Positions 42,501-54,910 of a DNA stretch of 64,000 nucleotides are shown in pieces; position 1 is the first letter of the stretch, and every line of letters starts with the position of its first letter. The translations under genes were made by a program, and so were the position numbers. The notes under the pieces were generated by a model. That model worked only from the letters and a program-made list of their open reading frames with translations, searched no databases and was not told where the DNA came from. This DNA comes from the human T2T-CHM13v2.0 reference genome, Homo sapiens, in NCBI RefSeq assembly GCF_009914755.1, contig NC_060933.1, one strand, 5' to 3'.

Positions 42501-43653
42501 GGAATGCAATGGAATGGAATCATCCGTAATGGAATGGAAAGGAATGGAATGAAATGGAATGGAATGGAATGGAATGGAATGGAATGGAATCAACTCGATT
42601 GCAATCGAATGGAATGGAATGGAATTAACCCGAATAGAAAGGAATGGAATGGAATTGAACGGAACGGAACGGAATGGAATGGAATGGAATGGAATGGAAC
42701 GGAAAGGAACGGAATGGAATGGAATGGAATGGAATGGAATGGAATGGAATGGAATCAACGCGAGTGCAGGGGAATGGAATGGAATGGAATGCAATGGAAT
42801 GGAATCTTCCGGAATGGAATGGAATGGAATGGAATGGAATGGAATGGAATGGAATAATCCCGAATGCAATGGAATGGAGTGGAATGGAATGGAATGGAAT
42901 GGAACAGCCCGAATGGAATGGAATGTAATAGAGAGTAAGGGAGTTGAATAGAATCAATCCGAATGTAATGGAATGGAATGGAACGGAATGGAATTGAATG
43001 GAATGGAATGGAATGCAATGGAATGGAATCAACCCGAGTGCAATGGAATGGAGAGGAATGGAATGGAATGGAATGGAAACTACCCGAATGGAATGGAATG
43101 TAATGGAGAGTAAGGGAATTGAATAGAATCAATCCGAATGTAATGGAATGGAATGGAACGGAATGGAATGGAATGGAATGGAATGGAATGGAATGCAATG
43201 GAATGGAATCAACCCGAGTGCAATCGAATGGAATCGAATGGAATGGAATGCAATGGAATGGATTCAACTTGAATGGAATGGAAAGAATGGAATCAACACG
43301 AGTGGAAGGGCATGGATTGGAATGCAATAGAATAGAATCAACCCGAGTACAGGGGAATGGAATGGAATGGAATGCAATGGAATGGAATCATCCGTAATGG
43401 AATGGAAAGGAATGGAATGGAATGGAATGAAATTAACTCGAATAGAATGGAATGGAATGGAATGGAATGGAATGGTATGGAATGGAATGGAATGGTACGG
43501 AATAGAATGGAATGGAACGAATTGTAATGGAATGGAATTGAATGGAATGGAATGGAATGGAATGGAATCAACGCGAGTGCAAAGGAATGTAATGGAACGG
43601 AATGCAATGGAATGGAATCATCCGGAATGGAATGGAATGGAATGGAATGGAAT
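36600..43653 (+). repeat. 7,025-bp tandem duplication, copy 2 (36600-43624) plus 29 bp of junction homology
   Basis: Constant offset of 7,025. Identity ends at 43653 (AATCAACCCTAG vs AATTAACCCGAA). The junction lies in a pure GGAAT run at 36600-36628. Confidence 0.96.
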
Positions 43654-43870
43654 CAACCCTAGTGCAATGGAATGGAGTGGAATGGAATGGAATGGAATGG
43701 AACAACCCGAATGGAATGGAATGTAATGGAGAGTAAGGGAGTTGAATAGAATCAATCCGAATGTAATGGAATGGAATGCAACGGAATGGAATGGAAAGGA
43801 ATGGAATGGAATGGAATGGAATGGAATGGAATGCAATGGAATGGAATCAACCCGAGTTCAATGGAATGGA
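40550..43870 (+). repeat. Older nested repeat pair with ~2.06-2.10-kb offset (40550-41770 vs 42605-43870; also 33525-34745 vs 35580-36600)
   Basis: Shared variants: AATAATCCCGAAT, GGAACAGCCCG, GTAATAGAGAG, ATTAACTCGAATAG, CCCGAGTTCAAT. ORF pairs 41063/43119 and 41641/43742. Confidence 0.8.
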
Positions 43871-44399
43871 ATGGAATGGAATGGAATGGAATGGAATGCA
43901 GTGGAATGGAGTGGAATTGAATGGAATGGAATGCTTTCAAACCGAATGGAATGGAAAGGAATGGAATCAACACGAGTGGAATGGAATGAAATGGAAAGGA
44001 ATGGAATGGAATTGAACGGAACGGAACGGAATGGAATGGAATGGAATGGAATGGAACGGAAAGGAATGGAATGGAATGGAATGGAATGGAATGGAATGGA
44101 ATGGAATCAACGCGAGTGCAGGGGAATGGAATGGAATGGAATGCAATGGAATGGAATCTTCCGGAATGGAATGGAATGGAATCGAATGCAATGGAATGGA
44201 ATCATCCGTAATGGAATAGAAAGGAATGGAATGGAATGGAATGGAATGGAATGGAATGGAATGGAATCAACTCTATTGCAATCGAATGGAATGGAGTGGA
44301 ATTAACCCGAATAGAATGGAATGGAATGGAATGGAACGGAACGGAATGGAATGGAATGGAATGGAACGTAACGGAATGGAATGGATGGAATGGAATGGA

Positions 44400-45360
44400 A
44401 TCAACGCGAGTGCAGGGGAATGGAATGGAATGGAATGCAATGGAATGGAAACTTCCGGAATGGAATGGAATGGAATGGAATGGAATGAAATGCAATGGAT
44501 TCAACTCGATTGCAATGGAATGGAATAGAATGGAATGAAATGGAATGGAATGCAATTAATCCGAATAGAATGGAATGGAATGGAATGGAACGGAATGGAA
44601 CAGAATGGAATGGAATGGAATGGAATGGAATGGAATGGAATGGTATGGAATAGAATGGAATGGTACGGAATAGAATGGAATGGAACGAATTGTAATGGAA
44701 TGGAATGGAATGGAATGGAATGGAATGGAATGGAATGGAATCAACGCGAGTGCAGGGGAATGTAATGGAACGGAATGCAATGGAATGGAATCATCCGGAA
44801 TGGAATGGAATGGAATGGAATGGAATGGAATGGAATCAACCCGAGTGCAATGGAATGGAGTGGAATGGAATGGAATGGAATGGAACAACCCGAATGGAAT
44901 GGAATGTAATGGAGAGTAAGGGAGTTGAATAGAATCAATCCGAATGTAATGGAATGGAATGCAACGGAATGGAATGGAATGGAATGGAATGGAATGCAAT
45001 GGAATGGAATCAACCCGAGTACAATGGAATGGAATGGAATGGAATGGAATGGAATGGAATGGAATGGAATGATACGGAATAGAATGGAATGGAAAGAAAT
45101 GGAATTGAATGGAAAGGAATGGAATGGAATGGAATGGAATCGTTCCGAGTGGAATAGGAGGGAATGTATTCGAGTGGAATGGAAAGGAATGGAATCAACC
45201 AGAGTGGAATGGAAGGGAATGGAATGGAATGGAAACTAATAGAATGGAATCAACCCGAGTGGAATGGAATGGAAAGGACTGGAATGGAATGGAATGCAAT
45301 GGAATCAACTCGTTTGTAATGGAATGGAATGGAATGGAATGGAATGGAATGGAATGGAAT
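44400..45360 (+). repeat. ~0.95-kb segment repeated at ~47845-48780 (offset ~3.43 kb)
   Basis: Shared GGAAACTTCCG, GCAATTAATCCG, GAAATGGAATTGAATGGAAAGG. ORF pair 44925/48349 is near-identical. Confidence 0.75.
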
Positions 45361-45469
45361 GGAATTAACCCGAATAAAACGGAAGGGAATGGAATGGAAT
45401 GGAAACTAATAGAATGGAATCAACCCGAGTGGAATGGAATGGAAAGGACTGGAATGGAATGGAATGGAA

Positions 45470-47400
45470 TGGAATCAACTCGATTGTAATGGAATGGAAT
45501 GGAATGGAATGGAATGGAATGGAATTAACCCGAATACAATGGAATGGAATGGAATGGAATGGAATGGAGTGGAATGGAATGGAATCAACCCGAGTGCAGG
45601 GGAATGGAATGGAATACAATGCAATGGAATGGAATCATCCGGAATGGAATCGAATGGAATGGAATGCAAAGCAATGGAATCAACTCCATTGCAATGGAAT
45701 GGAATGGAATGGAAAGGAATACATTGGAATCAACCCGAGTGGAAGGGAATGGAAAGGACTGGAATGGAGTGGAATCGAATGGAATGCAATGGAATGGAAT
45801 GGAATGGAATCAACTTGATCGGAATGGAATGGAATGGAATGGAATGGAATGGAATGGAATGGAATGGAATCAACCCGACTGCAGGGGAATGGAATGGAAT
45901 GGAATGCAATGGAATGGATTCAACTTGAATGGAAGGGAAAGAATGGAATCAACACGAGTGGAATGGCATGGATTGGAATGGAATGGAATGGAATCAACCC
46001 GAGTACAGGGGAATGGAATGGAATGGAATGCAATGGAATGGAATCATCCGTAATGGAATGGAAAGGAATGGAATGGAATGGAAAGGAATGGAATGGAATG
46101 GAATGGAATGGAATGGAATCAACTCGATTGCAATCGAATGGAATGGAATGGAATTAACCCGAATAGAATGGAATGGAATGGAATGGAACGGAACGGAATG
46201 GAATGGAATGGAATGGAATGGAACGGAACGGAACGGAATGGAATGGAATGGAATGGAATGGAATCAACGCGAGTGCAGGGGAATGGAATGGAATGGAATG
46301 CAATGGAATGGAATCTTCCGGAATGGAATGGAATTGAATGGAATGGAATGGAATGGTATGGAATAAACCCGAGTGCAATGGAATGGAGTGGAATGGAATG
46401 GAATGGAATGGAACAACCCGAATGGAATGGAATGTAATGGAGAGTAAGGGAGTTGAATAGAATCTATCCGAATGTAATGGAATGGAATGGAACGGAATTG
46501 AATGGAATGGAATGGAATGGAATGCAAAGGAATGGAATCAACCCGAGTTCAATGAAATGGAGAGGAATGGAATGGAATGGAATGGAAACTACCCGAATGG
46601 AATGGAATGTAATGGAGTGTAAGGGAATTGAATAGAATCAATCCGAATGTAATGGAATGGAATGGAACGGAATGGAATGGAATGGAATGGAATGGAATGG
46701 AATGGAATGGAATGGAATGCAATGGAATGGAATCAACCCGAGTGCAATCGAATGGAATCGAATGGAATGGAATGCAATGGAATGGATTCAACTTGAATGG
46801 AATGGAAAGAATGGAATCAACACGAGTGGAATGACATGGATTGGAATGGAATGGAATGGAATCAACCCGAGTACAGGGGAATGGAATGGAATGGAATGCA
46901 ATGGAATGGAATCATCCGGAATGGAATGGAATGGAATGGAATGGAATGGAATGGAATGGAATGGAATCAACTCGATTGCATTCGAATGGAATGGAATGGA
47001 ATTAACCCGAATAGAATGGAATGGAATGGAATGGAACGGAACGGAATGGAATGGAATGGAATGGAATGGAACGGAAAGGAAGGGAATGGAATGGAATAGA
47101 ATGGAATGGAATGGAATCAACGCGAGTGCAGGGGAATGGAATGGAATGGAATGCAATGGAATGGAATCTTCCGGAATGGAATGGAATGGAATGGAATGGA
47201 ATGGAATGGAATGGAATCAACCCGAGTGCAATGGAATGGAGTGGAATGGAATGGAATGGAATGGAACAACCCGAATGGAATGGAATGTAATGGAGAGTAA
47301 GGGAGTTGAATAGAATCAATCCGAATGTAATGGAATGGAATGGAACGGAATGGAATGGAATGGAATGGAATGGAATGGAATGGAATGGAATGCAATGGAA
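45470..47400 (+). repeat. ~1.9-kb segment, copy 1 (copy 2 at ~52990-54910)
   Basis: Offset 7,517 over most of its length (ORFs 45544/53061, 45929/53446, 46453/53970). Private variants: CAACTCCATT, CAACTTGATCGG, GGAAGGGAAAGAAT, AATCTATCCG, GTTCAATGAAAT, ATGACATGG, GATTGCATTCG. Confidence 0.9.
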
Positions 47401-47696
47401 TGGAATCAACTCGAGTGCAATCGAATGGAATCGAATGGAATGGAATGCAATGGAATGGAATCAACTTGAATGGAATGGAAAGAATGGAATCAACACGAGT
47501 GGAATGGCATGGATTGGAATGGAATGGAATGGAATCAACCCGAGTACAGGGGAATGGAATGGAATGGAATGCAATGGAATGGAATCATCCGTAATGGAAT
47601 GGAAAGGATTGGAATGGAATGGAATGCAATGGAATGGAATGGAATGGAATCAACTCGATTGCAATCGAATGGAATGGAATGGAATTAACCCAAATA

Positions 47697-47839
47697 GAAT
47701 GGAATGGAATGGAATGGAACGGAACGGAATGGAATGGAATGGAATGGAACGGAACGGAATGGAATGGAATGGAATGGAACGGAACGGAATGGAATGGAAT
47801 GGAATGGAACGGAACGGAATGGAATGGAATGGAATGGAA
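47697..47839 (+). repeat. Perfect 30-bp minisatellite [(GGAAT)4(GGAAC)2] x ~4.8
   Basis: Lines 47701 and 47761 are identical, each consisting of two 30-bp units. Confidence 0.9.
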
Positions 47840-50800
47840 TGGAATCAACGCGAGTGCAGGGGAATGGAATGGAATGGAATGCAATGGAATGGAAACTTCC
47901 GTAATGGAATGGAATGGAATGGAATGGAATGAAATGCAATGGATTCAACTCGATTGCAATGGAATGGAATAGAATGGAATGAAATGGAATGGAATGCAAT
48001 TAATCCGAATAGAATGGAATGGAATGGAATGGAACGGAATGGAACGGAATGGAATGGGACGGAATGGAATGGAATGGTATGGAATGGAATGGAATGGTAC
48101 GGAATAGAATGGAATGGAACGAATTGTAATGGAATGGAATTGAATGTAATGGAATGGAATGGAATGGAATCAACGCGAGTGCAGGGGAATGTAATGGAAC
48201 GGAATGCAATGGAATGGAATCATCCGGAATGGAATGGAATGGAATGGAATGCAATGGAATCAACCCGAGTGCAATGGAATGGAGTGGAATGGAATGGAAT
48301 GGAATGGAACAACCCGAATGGAATGGAATGTAATGGAGAGTAAGGGAGTTGAATAGAATCAATCCGAATGTAATGGAATGGAATGCAACGGAATGGAATG
48401 GAATGGAATGGAATGGAATGCAACGGAATGGAATCAACCCGAGTACAATGGAATGGAATGGAATGGAATGGAATGGAATGGAATGGAATGGAATGATACG
48501 GAATAGAATGGAATGGAACGAAATGGAATTGAATGGAAAGGAATGGAATGGAATGGAATGGAATCGTTCCGAGTGGAATAGGAGGGAATGTATTCGAGTG
48601 GAATGGAAAGGAAAGGAATCAACCAGAGTGGAATGGAAGGGAATGGAATGGAATGGAAACTAATAGAATGGAATCAACCCGAGTGGAATGGAATGGAAAG
48701 GACTGGAATGGAATGGAATGGAATGGAATCAACTCGATTGTAATGGAATGGAATGGAATGGAATGGAATGGAATGGAATGGAATGGAATCAACCCGATTG
48801 CAATCGAATGGAATGGAATGGAATTAACCCGAATAGAATGGAATGGAATGGAATGGAACGGAACGGAACGGAATGGAAAGGAATGGAATGGTATGGAATG
48901 GAATGGAATGGAATTAACCGGAATAGAATGGAATGGAATGGAATGGAATGGAATGGAATTAACCGGAATAGAATGGAATGGAATGGAATGGAACGGAATG
49001 GAATGGAATAGAAGGGAATGGAATCAACACGAGTGCAGGAGAATGGAATGGAATGGAATGCAATGGAATGGAATCATCCGGAATGGAATGGAATGGAATG
49101 GAATAATCTCCATTGCAATGGAATGGAATGGAATGGAATGGAATAGAATGGAATGGAATTAACCCGAATAGAATGGAATGCAATAGAATGGAATGCAACG
49201 GAACCGAATGGAGTGGAATGGAATGGAATGGAATCTACCCGAGTACAGGGGAATGGAATTGAATGGAATGCAATGGAAAGGAATCATCCGGAATGGAATG
49301 GAATGGAATGGAATGGAATGGAATGGAATGGAATGGAATCAACCCGACTGCAGGGGAATGGAATGGAATGGAATGCAATGGAATGGATTCAACTTGAATG
49401 GAATGGAAAGAATGGAATCAACAAGAGTGGAATGGCATGGATTGGAATGGAATGGAATGGAATCAACCCGAGTACAGGGGAATGGAATGGAATGGAATGC
49501 AATGGAATGGAATCAACCGTAATGGAATGGAAAGGAATGGAATGGAATGGAATGGAATGGAATCAACTCGATTGCAATCGAATGGAATGGAATGGAATTA
49601 ACCCGAATAGAATGGAATGGAATGGAACGGAACGGAATGGAATGGAATGGAATGGAATGGAACGGAACGGAATGGAATGGAATGCAATGGAATGGAATCA
49701 ACTTGAATGGAATGGAAAGAATGGAAACAACACGAGTGGAATGGCATGGATTGGAATGGAATGGAATGGAATCAACCCGAGTACAGGGGAATGGAATGGA
49801 ATGGAATGCAATGGAATGGAATCATCCGTAATGGAATGGAAAGGAATGGAATGGAATGGAATGGAATGGAATGGAATGGAATGGAATCAACTCGATTGCA
49901 ATCGAATGGAATGGAATGGAATTAACCCGAATAGAAAGGAATGCAATGGAATGGAACGGAACGGAATGGAATGGAATGGAATGGAACGGAATGGAACGGA
50001 ATGGAATGGAATGGAGTGGAATGGAATGGTATGGAATGGAATGGAATGGTACGGAATAGAATGGAATGGAACGAATTGTAATGGAATGGAATTGAATGGA
50101 ATGGAATGGAATGGAATGGAAACAACGCGAGTGCAGGGGAATGTAATGGAACGGAATGCAATGGAATGGAATCATCCGGAATGGAATGGAATGGAATGGA
50201 ATGGAATGGAATGGAATGGAATCAACGCGAGTGCAATGGAATGGAGTGGAATGGAATGGAATGGAATGGAACAACCCGAATGGATTGGAATGTAATGGAG
50301 AGTAAGGGAGTTGAATAGAATCATTCCGAATGTAATGGAATGGAATGCAACGGAATGGAATGGAATAGAATGGAATGGAATGCAATGGAATGGAATGATA
50401 CGGAATAGAATGGAATGGAACGAAATGGAATGGAATGGAATGGAATGGAATGGAATGGAATCGTTCTGAGTGGAATAGGAGGGAATGTATTCGAGTGGAA
50501 TGGAAAGGAATGGAATCAACCAGAGTGGAATGGAAGGGAATGGAATGGAATGGAAACTAATAGAATGGAATCAACCCGAGTGGAATGGAATGGAAAGGAC
50601 TGGAATGGAATGGAATGGAATGGAATCAACTCGATTGGAATGGAATGGAATGGAATGGAATGGAATGGAATGGAATTAACCCGAATACAATGGAATGGAA
50701 TGGAATGGAACGGAATGGAGTGAAATGGAATGGAATCAACACGAGTGCAGGGGAATGGAATGGAATGGAATGCAATGGAATGGAATCATCCGGAATGGAA

Positions 50801-52989
50801 TGGAATGGAATGGAATGCAAAGCAATGGAATCAACTCGATTGCAATGGAATGGAATGGAACGGAAAGGAATACATTGGAATCAACCCGAGTGGAATGGAA
50901 TGGAAAGGACTGGAATGGAGTGGAATGGAATGGAATGGAATGGAATGGAATCAACTCGATTGGAATGGAATGGAATGGAATGGAATGGAATGGAATTAAC
51001 CCGAGTAGAAAGGAATGGAATGCAATGGAACGGAACGGAACGGAATGGAATGGAATGGAATGGAATGGAATGGAATGGAATCAACCCGACTGCAGGGGAA
51101 TGGAATGGAATGGAATGCAATGGAATGGATTCAACTTGAATGGAATGGAAAGAATGGAATCAACACGAGTGGAATGGCATGGATTGGAATGGAATGGAAT
51201 GGAATCAACCCGAGTACAGGGGAATGGAATGGAATGCAATGCAATGGAATGGAATCATCCGTAATGGAATGGAAAGGAATGGAATGGAATGGAATGGAAT
51301 GGAATGGAATGGAATCAACTCGATTGCAATCGAATGGAATGGAATGGAATTAACCCGAATAGAATGGAATGGAATGGAATGGAACGGAACGGAACGGAAC
51401 GGAACGGAACGGAATGGAATGGAAAGGAATGGAATGGAATGGAATGGAATGGAATGGAATGGAATGGAATGGAATGGAATCAACGCGAGTGCAGGGGAAT
51501 GGAATGGAATGGAATGCAATGGAATGGAATCTTCCAGAATGGAATGGAATGGAATGGAATGGAATGGAATGGAATGGAATCAACCCGAGTGCAATGGAAT
51601 GGAGTGGAATGGAATGGAATGGAATGGAACAACCCGAATGGAATGGAATGTAATGGAGACTAAGGGAGATGAATAGTATCAATCCGAATGTAATCGAATG
51701 GAATGGAACGGAATGGAATTGAATGGAATGGAATGGAATGCAATGGAATGGAATCAACCCGAGTGCAATGGAATGGAGAGGAATGGAATGGAATGGAATG
51801 GAAACTACCCGAATGGAATGGAATGTAATGGAGTGTAAGGGAATTGAATAGAATCAATCCGAATGTAATGGAATGGAATGGAACGGAATGGAATAGAATG
51901 GAATGGAATGGAATGGAATGCAATGGAATGGAATCAACCCGAGTGCAATCGAATGGAATCGAATGGAATGGAATGCAATGGAATGGATTCAACTTGAATG
52001 GAATGGAAAGAATGGAATCAACACGAGTGGAAGTGCATGGATTGGAATGCAATGGAATGGAATCAACCCGAGTACAGGGGAATGGAATGGAATGGAATGC
52101 AATGGAATGGAATCATCCGTAATGGAATGGAAAGGAATGGAATGGAATGGAATGGAATGGAATGGAATGGAATGGAATGGAATCAACACGATTGCAATCG
52201 AATGGAATGGAATGAAATTAACCCGAATAGAATGGAATGGAATGGAATGGAACGGAACGGAATGGAATGGAATGGAATGGAATGGAATGGAACGGAGCGG
52301 AACGGAACGGAATGGAATGGAATGGAACGGAATGGAATCAACGCGAGTGCAGGGGAATGGAATGGAATGGAATGCAATGGAATGGAATCTTCCGGAATGG
52401 AATGGAATGGAATGGAATGAAATGCAATGGATTCAACTCGATTGCAATGGAATGGAATAGAATGGAATGGAATTGAATGGAATGGAATTAACCCGAATAG
52501 AATGGAATGGAATGGAATGGAACGGAATGGAACGGAATGGAATGGAATGGAATGGAATGGTATGGAATGGAATGGAATGGTACGGAATAGAATGGAATGG
52601 AACGAATTGTAATGGAATGGAATTGAATGGAATGGAATGGAATGGAATGGAATCAACGCGAGTGCAGGGGAATGTAATGGAACGGAATGCAATGGAATGG
52701 AATCATCCGGAATGGAATGGAATGGAATGGAATGGAATGGAATGGAATCAACCCGAGTGCAATGGAATGGAGTGTTATGGAATGGAATGGAATGGAACAA
52801 CCTGAATGGAATGGAATGTAATGGAGAGTAAGGGAGTTGAATAGAATCAATCGGAATGTAATGGAATGGAATGCAACGGAATGGAATGGAATGGAATGGA
52901 ATGGAATGGAATGGAATGCAAAGGAATGGAATCAACCCGAGTGGAATGGCATGGAATGGAATGCAATGGAATGGAATGGAATGGAATGG

Positions 52990-54910
52990 AATCAACTCGA
53001 TTGTAATGGAATGGAATGGAATGGAATGGAATGGAATGGAATTAACCCGGATAAAATGGAATGGAATGGAATGGAATGGAATGGAGTGGAATGGAATGGA
53101 ATCAACCCGAGTGCAGGGGAATGGAATGGAATACAATGCAATGGAATGGAATCATCCGGAATGGAATCGAATGGAATGGAATGCAAAGCAATGGAATCAA
53201 CTCCATTGCAATGGAATGGAATGGAATGGAAAGGAATACATTGGAATCAACCCGAGTGGAAGGGAATGGAAAGGACTGGAATGGAGTGGAATGGAATGGA
53301 ATGCAATGGAATGGAATGGAATGGAATCAACTTGATCGGAATGGAATGGAAAGGAATGGAATGGAATGGAATGGAATGGAATGGAATCAACCCGACTGCA
53401 GGGGAATGGAATGGAATGGAATGCAATGGAACGGATTCAACTTGAATGGAAGGGAAAGAATGGAATCAACACGAGTGGAATGGCATGGATTGGAATGGAA
53501 TGGAATGGAATCAACCCGAGTACAGGGGAATGGAATGGAATGGAATGCAATGGAATGGAATCATCCGTAATGGAATGGAAAGGAATGGAATGGAATGGAA
53601 AGGAATGGAATGGAATGGAATGGAATGGAATGGAATCAACTCGATTGCAATCGAATGGAATGGAATGGAATTAACCCGAATAGAATGGAATGGAATGGAA
53701 TGGAACGGAACGGAATGGAATGGAATGGAATGGAATGGAACGGAACGGAACGGAATGGAATGGAATGGAATGGAATGGAATCAACGCGAGTGCAGGGGAA
53801 TGGAATGGAATGGAATGCAATGGAATGGAATCTTCCGGAATGGAATGGAATTGAATGGAATGGAATGGAATGGTATGGAATAAACCCGAGTGCAATGGAA
53901 TGGAGTGGAATGGAATGGAATGGAATGGAACAACCCGAATGGAATGGAATGTAATGGAGAGTAAGGGAGTTGAATAGAATCTATCCGAATGTAATGGAAT
54001 GGAATGGAACGGAATTGAATGGAATGGAATGGAATGGAATGCAAAGGAATGGAATCAACCCGAGTTCAATGAAATGGAGAGGAATGGAATGGAATGGAAT
54101 GGAAACTACCCGAATGGAATGGAATGTAATGGAGTGTAAGGGAATTGAATAGAATCAATCCGAATGTAATGGAATGGAATGGAACGGAATGGAATGGAAT
54201 GGAATGGAATGGAATGGAATGGAATGCAATGGAATGGAATCAACCCGAGTGCAATCGAATGGAATCGAATGGAATGGAATGCAATGGAATGGATTCAACT
54301 TGAATGGAATGGAAAGAATGGAATCAACACGAGTGGAATGACATGGATTGGAATGGAATGGAATGGAATCAACCCGAGTACAGGGGAATGGAATGGAATG
54401 GAATGCAATGGAATGGAATCATCCGTAATGGAATGGAATGGAATGGAATGGAATGGAATGGAATGGAATGGAATGGAATCAACTCGATTGCATTCGAATG
54501 GAATGGAATGGAATTAACCCGAATAGAATGGAATGGAATGGAATGGAACGGAATGGAATGGAATGGAATGGAATGGAATGGAACGGAAAGGAAGGGAATG
54601 GAATGGAATAGAATGGAATGGAATGGAATCAACGCGAGTGCAGGAGAATGGAATGGAATGGAATGCAATGGAATGGAATCTTCCGGAATGGAATGGAATG
54701 GAATGGAATTGAATGGAATGGAATGGAATCAACCCGAGTGCAATGGAATGGAGTGGAATGGAATGGAATGGAATGGAACAACCCGAATTGAATGGAATGT
54801 AATGGAGAGTAAGGGAGTTGAATAGAATCAATCCGAATGTAATGTAATGGAATGGAACGGAATGGAATGGAATGGAATGGAATGGAATGGAATGGAATGG
54901 AATGCAATGG
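52990..54910 (+). repeat. ~1.9-kb segment, copy 2 of 45470-47400
   Basis: Same private variants in the same order. Confidence 0.9.
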
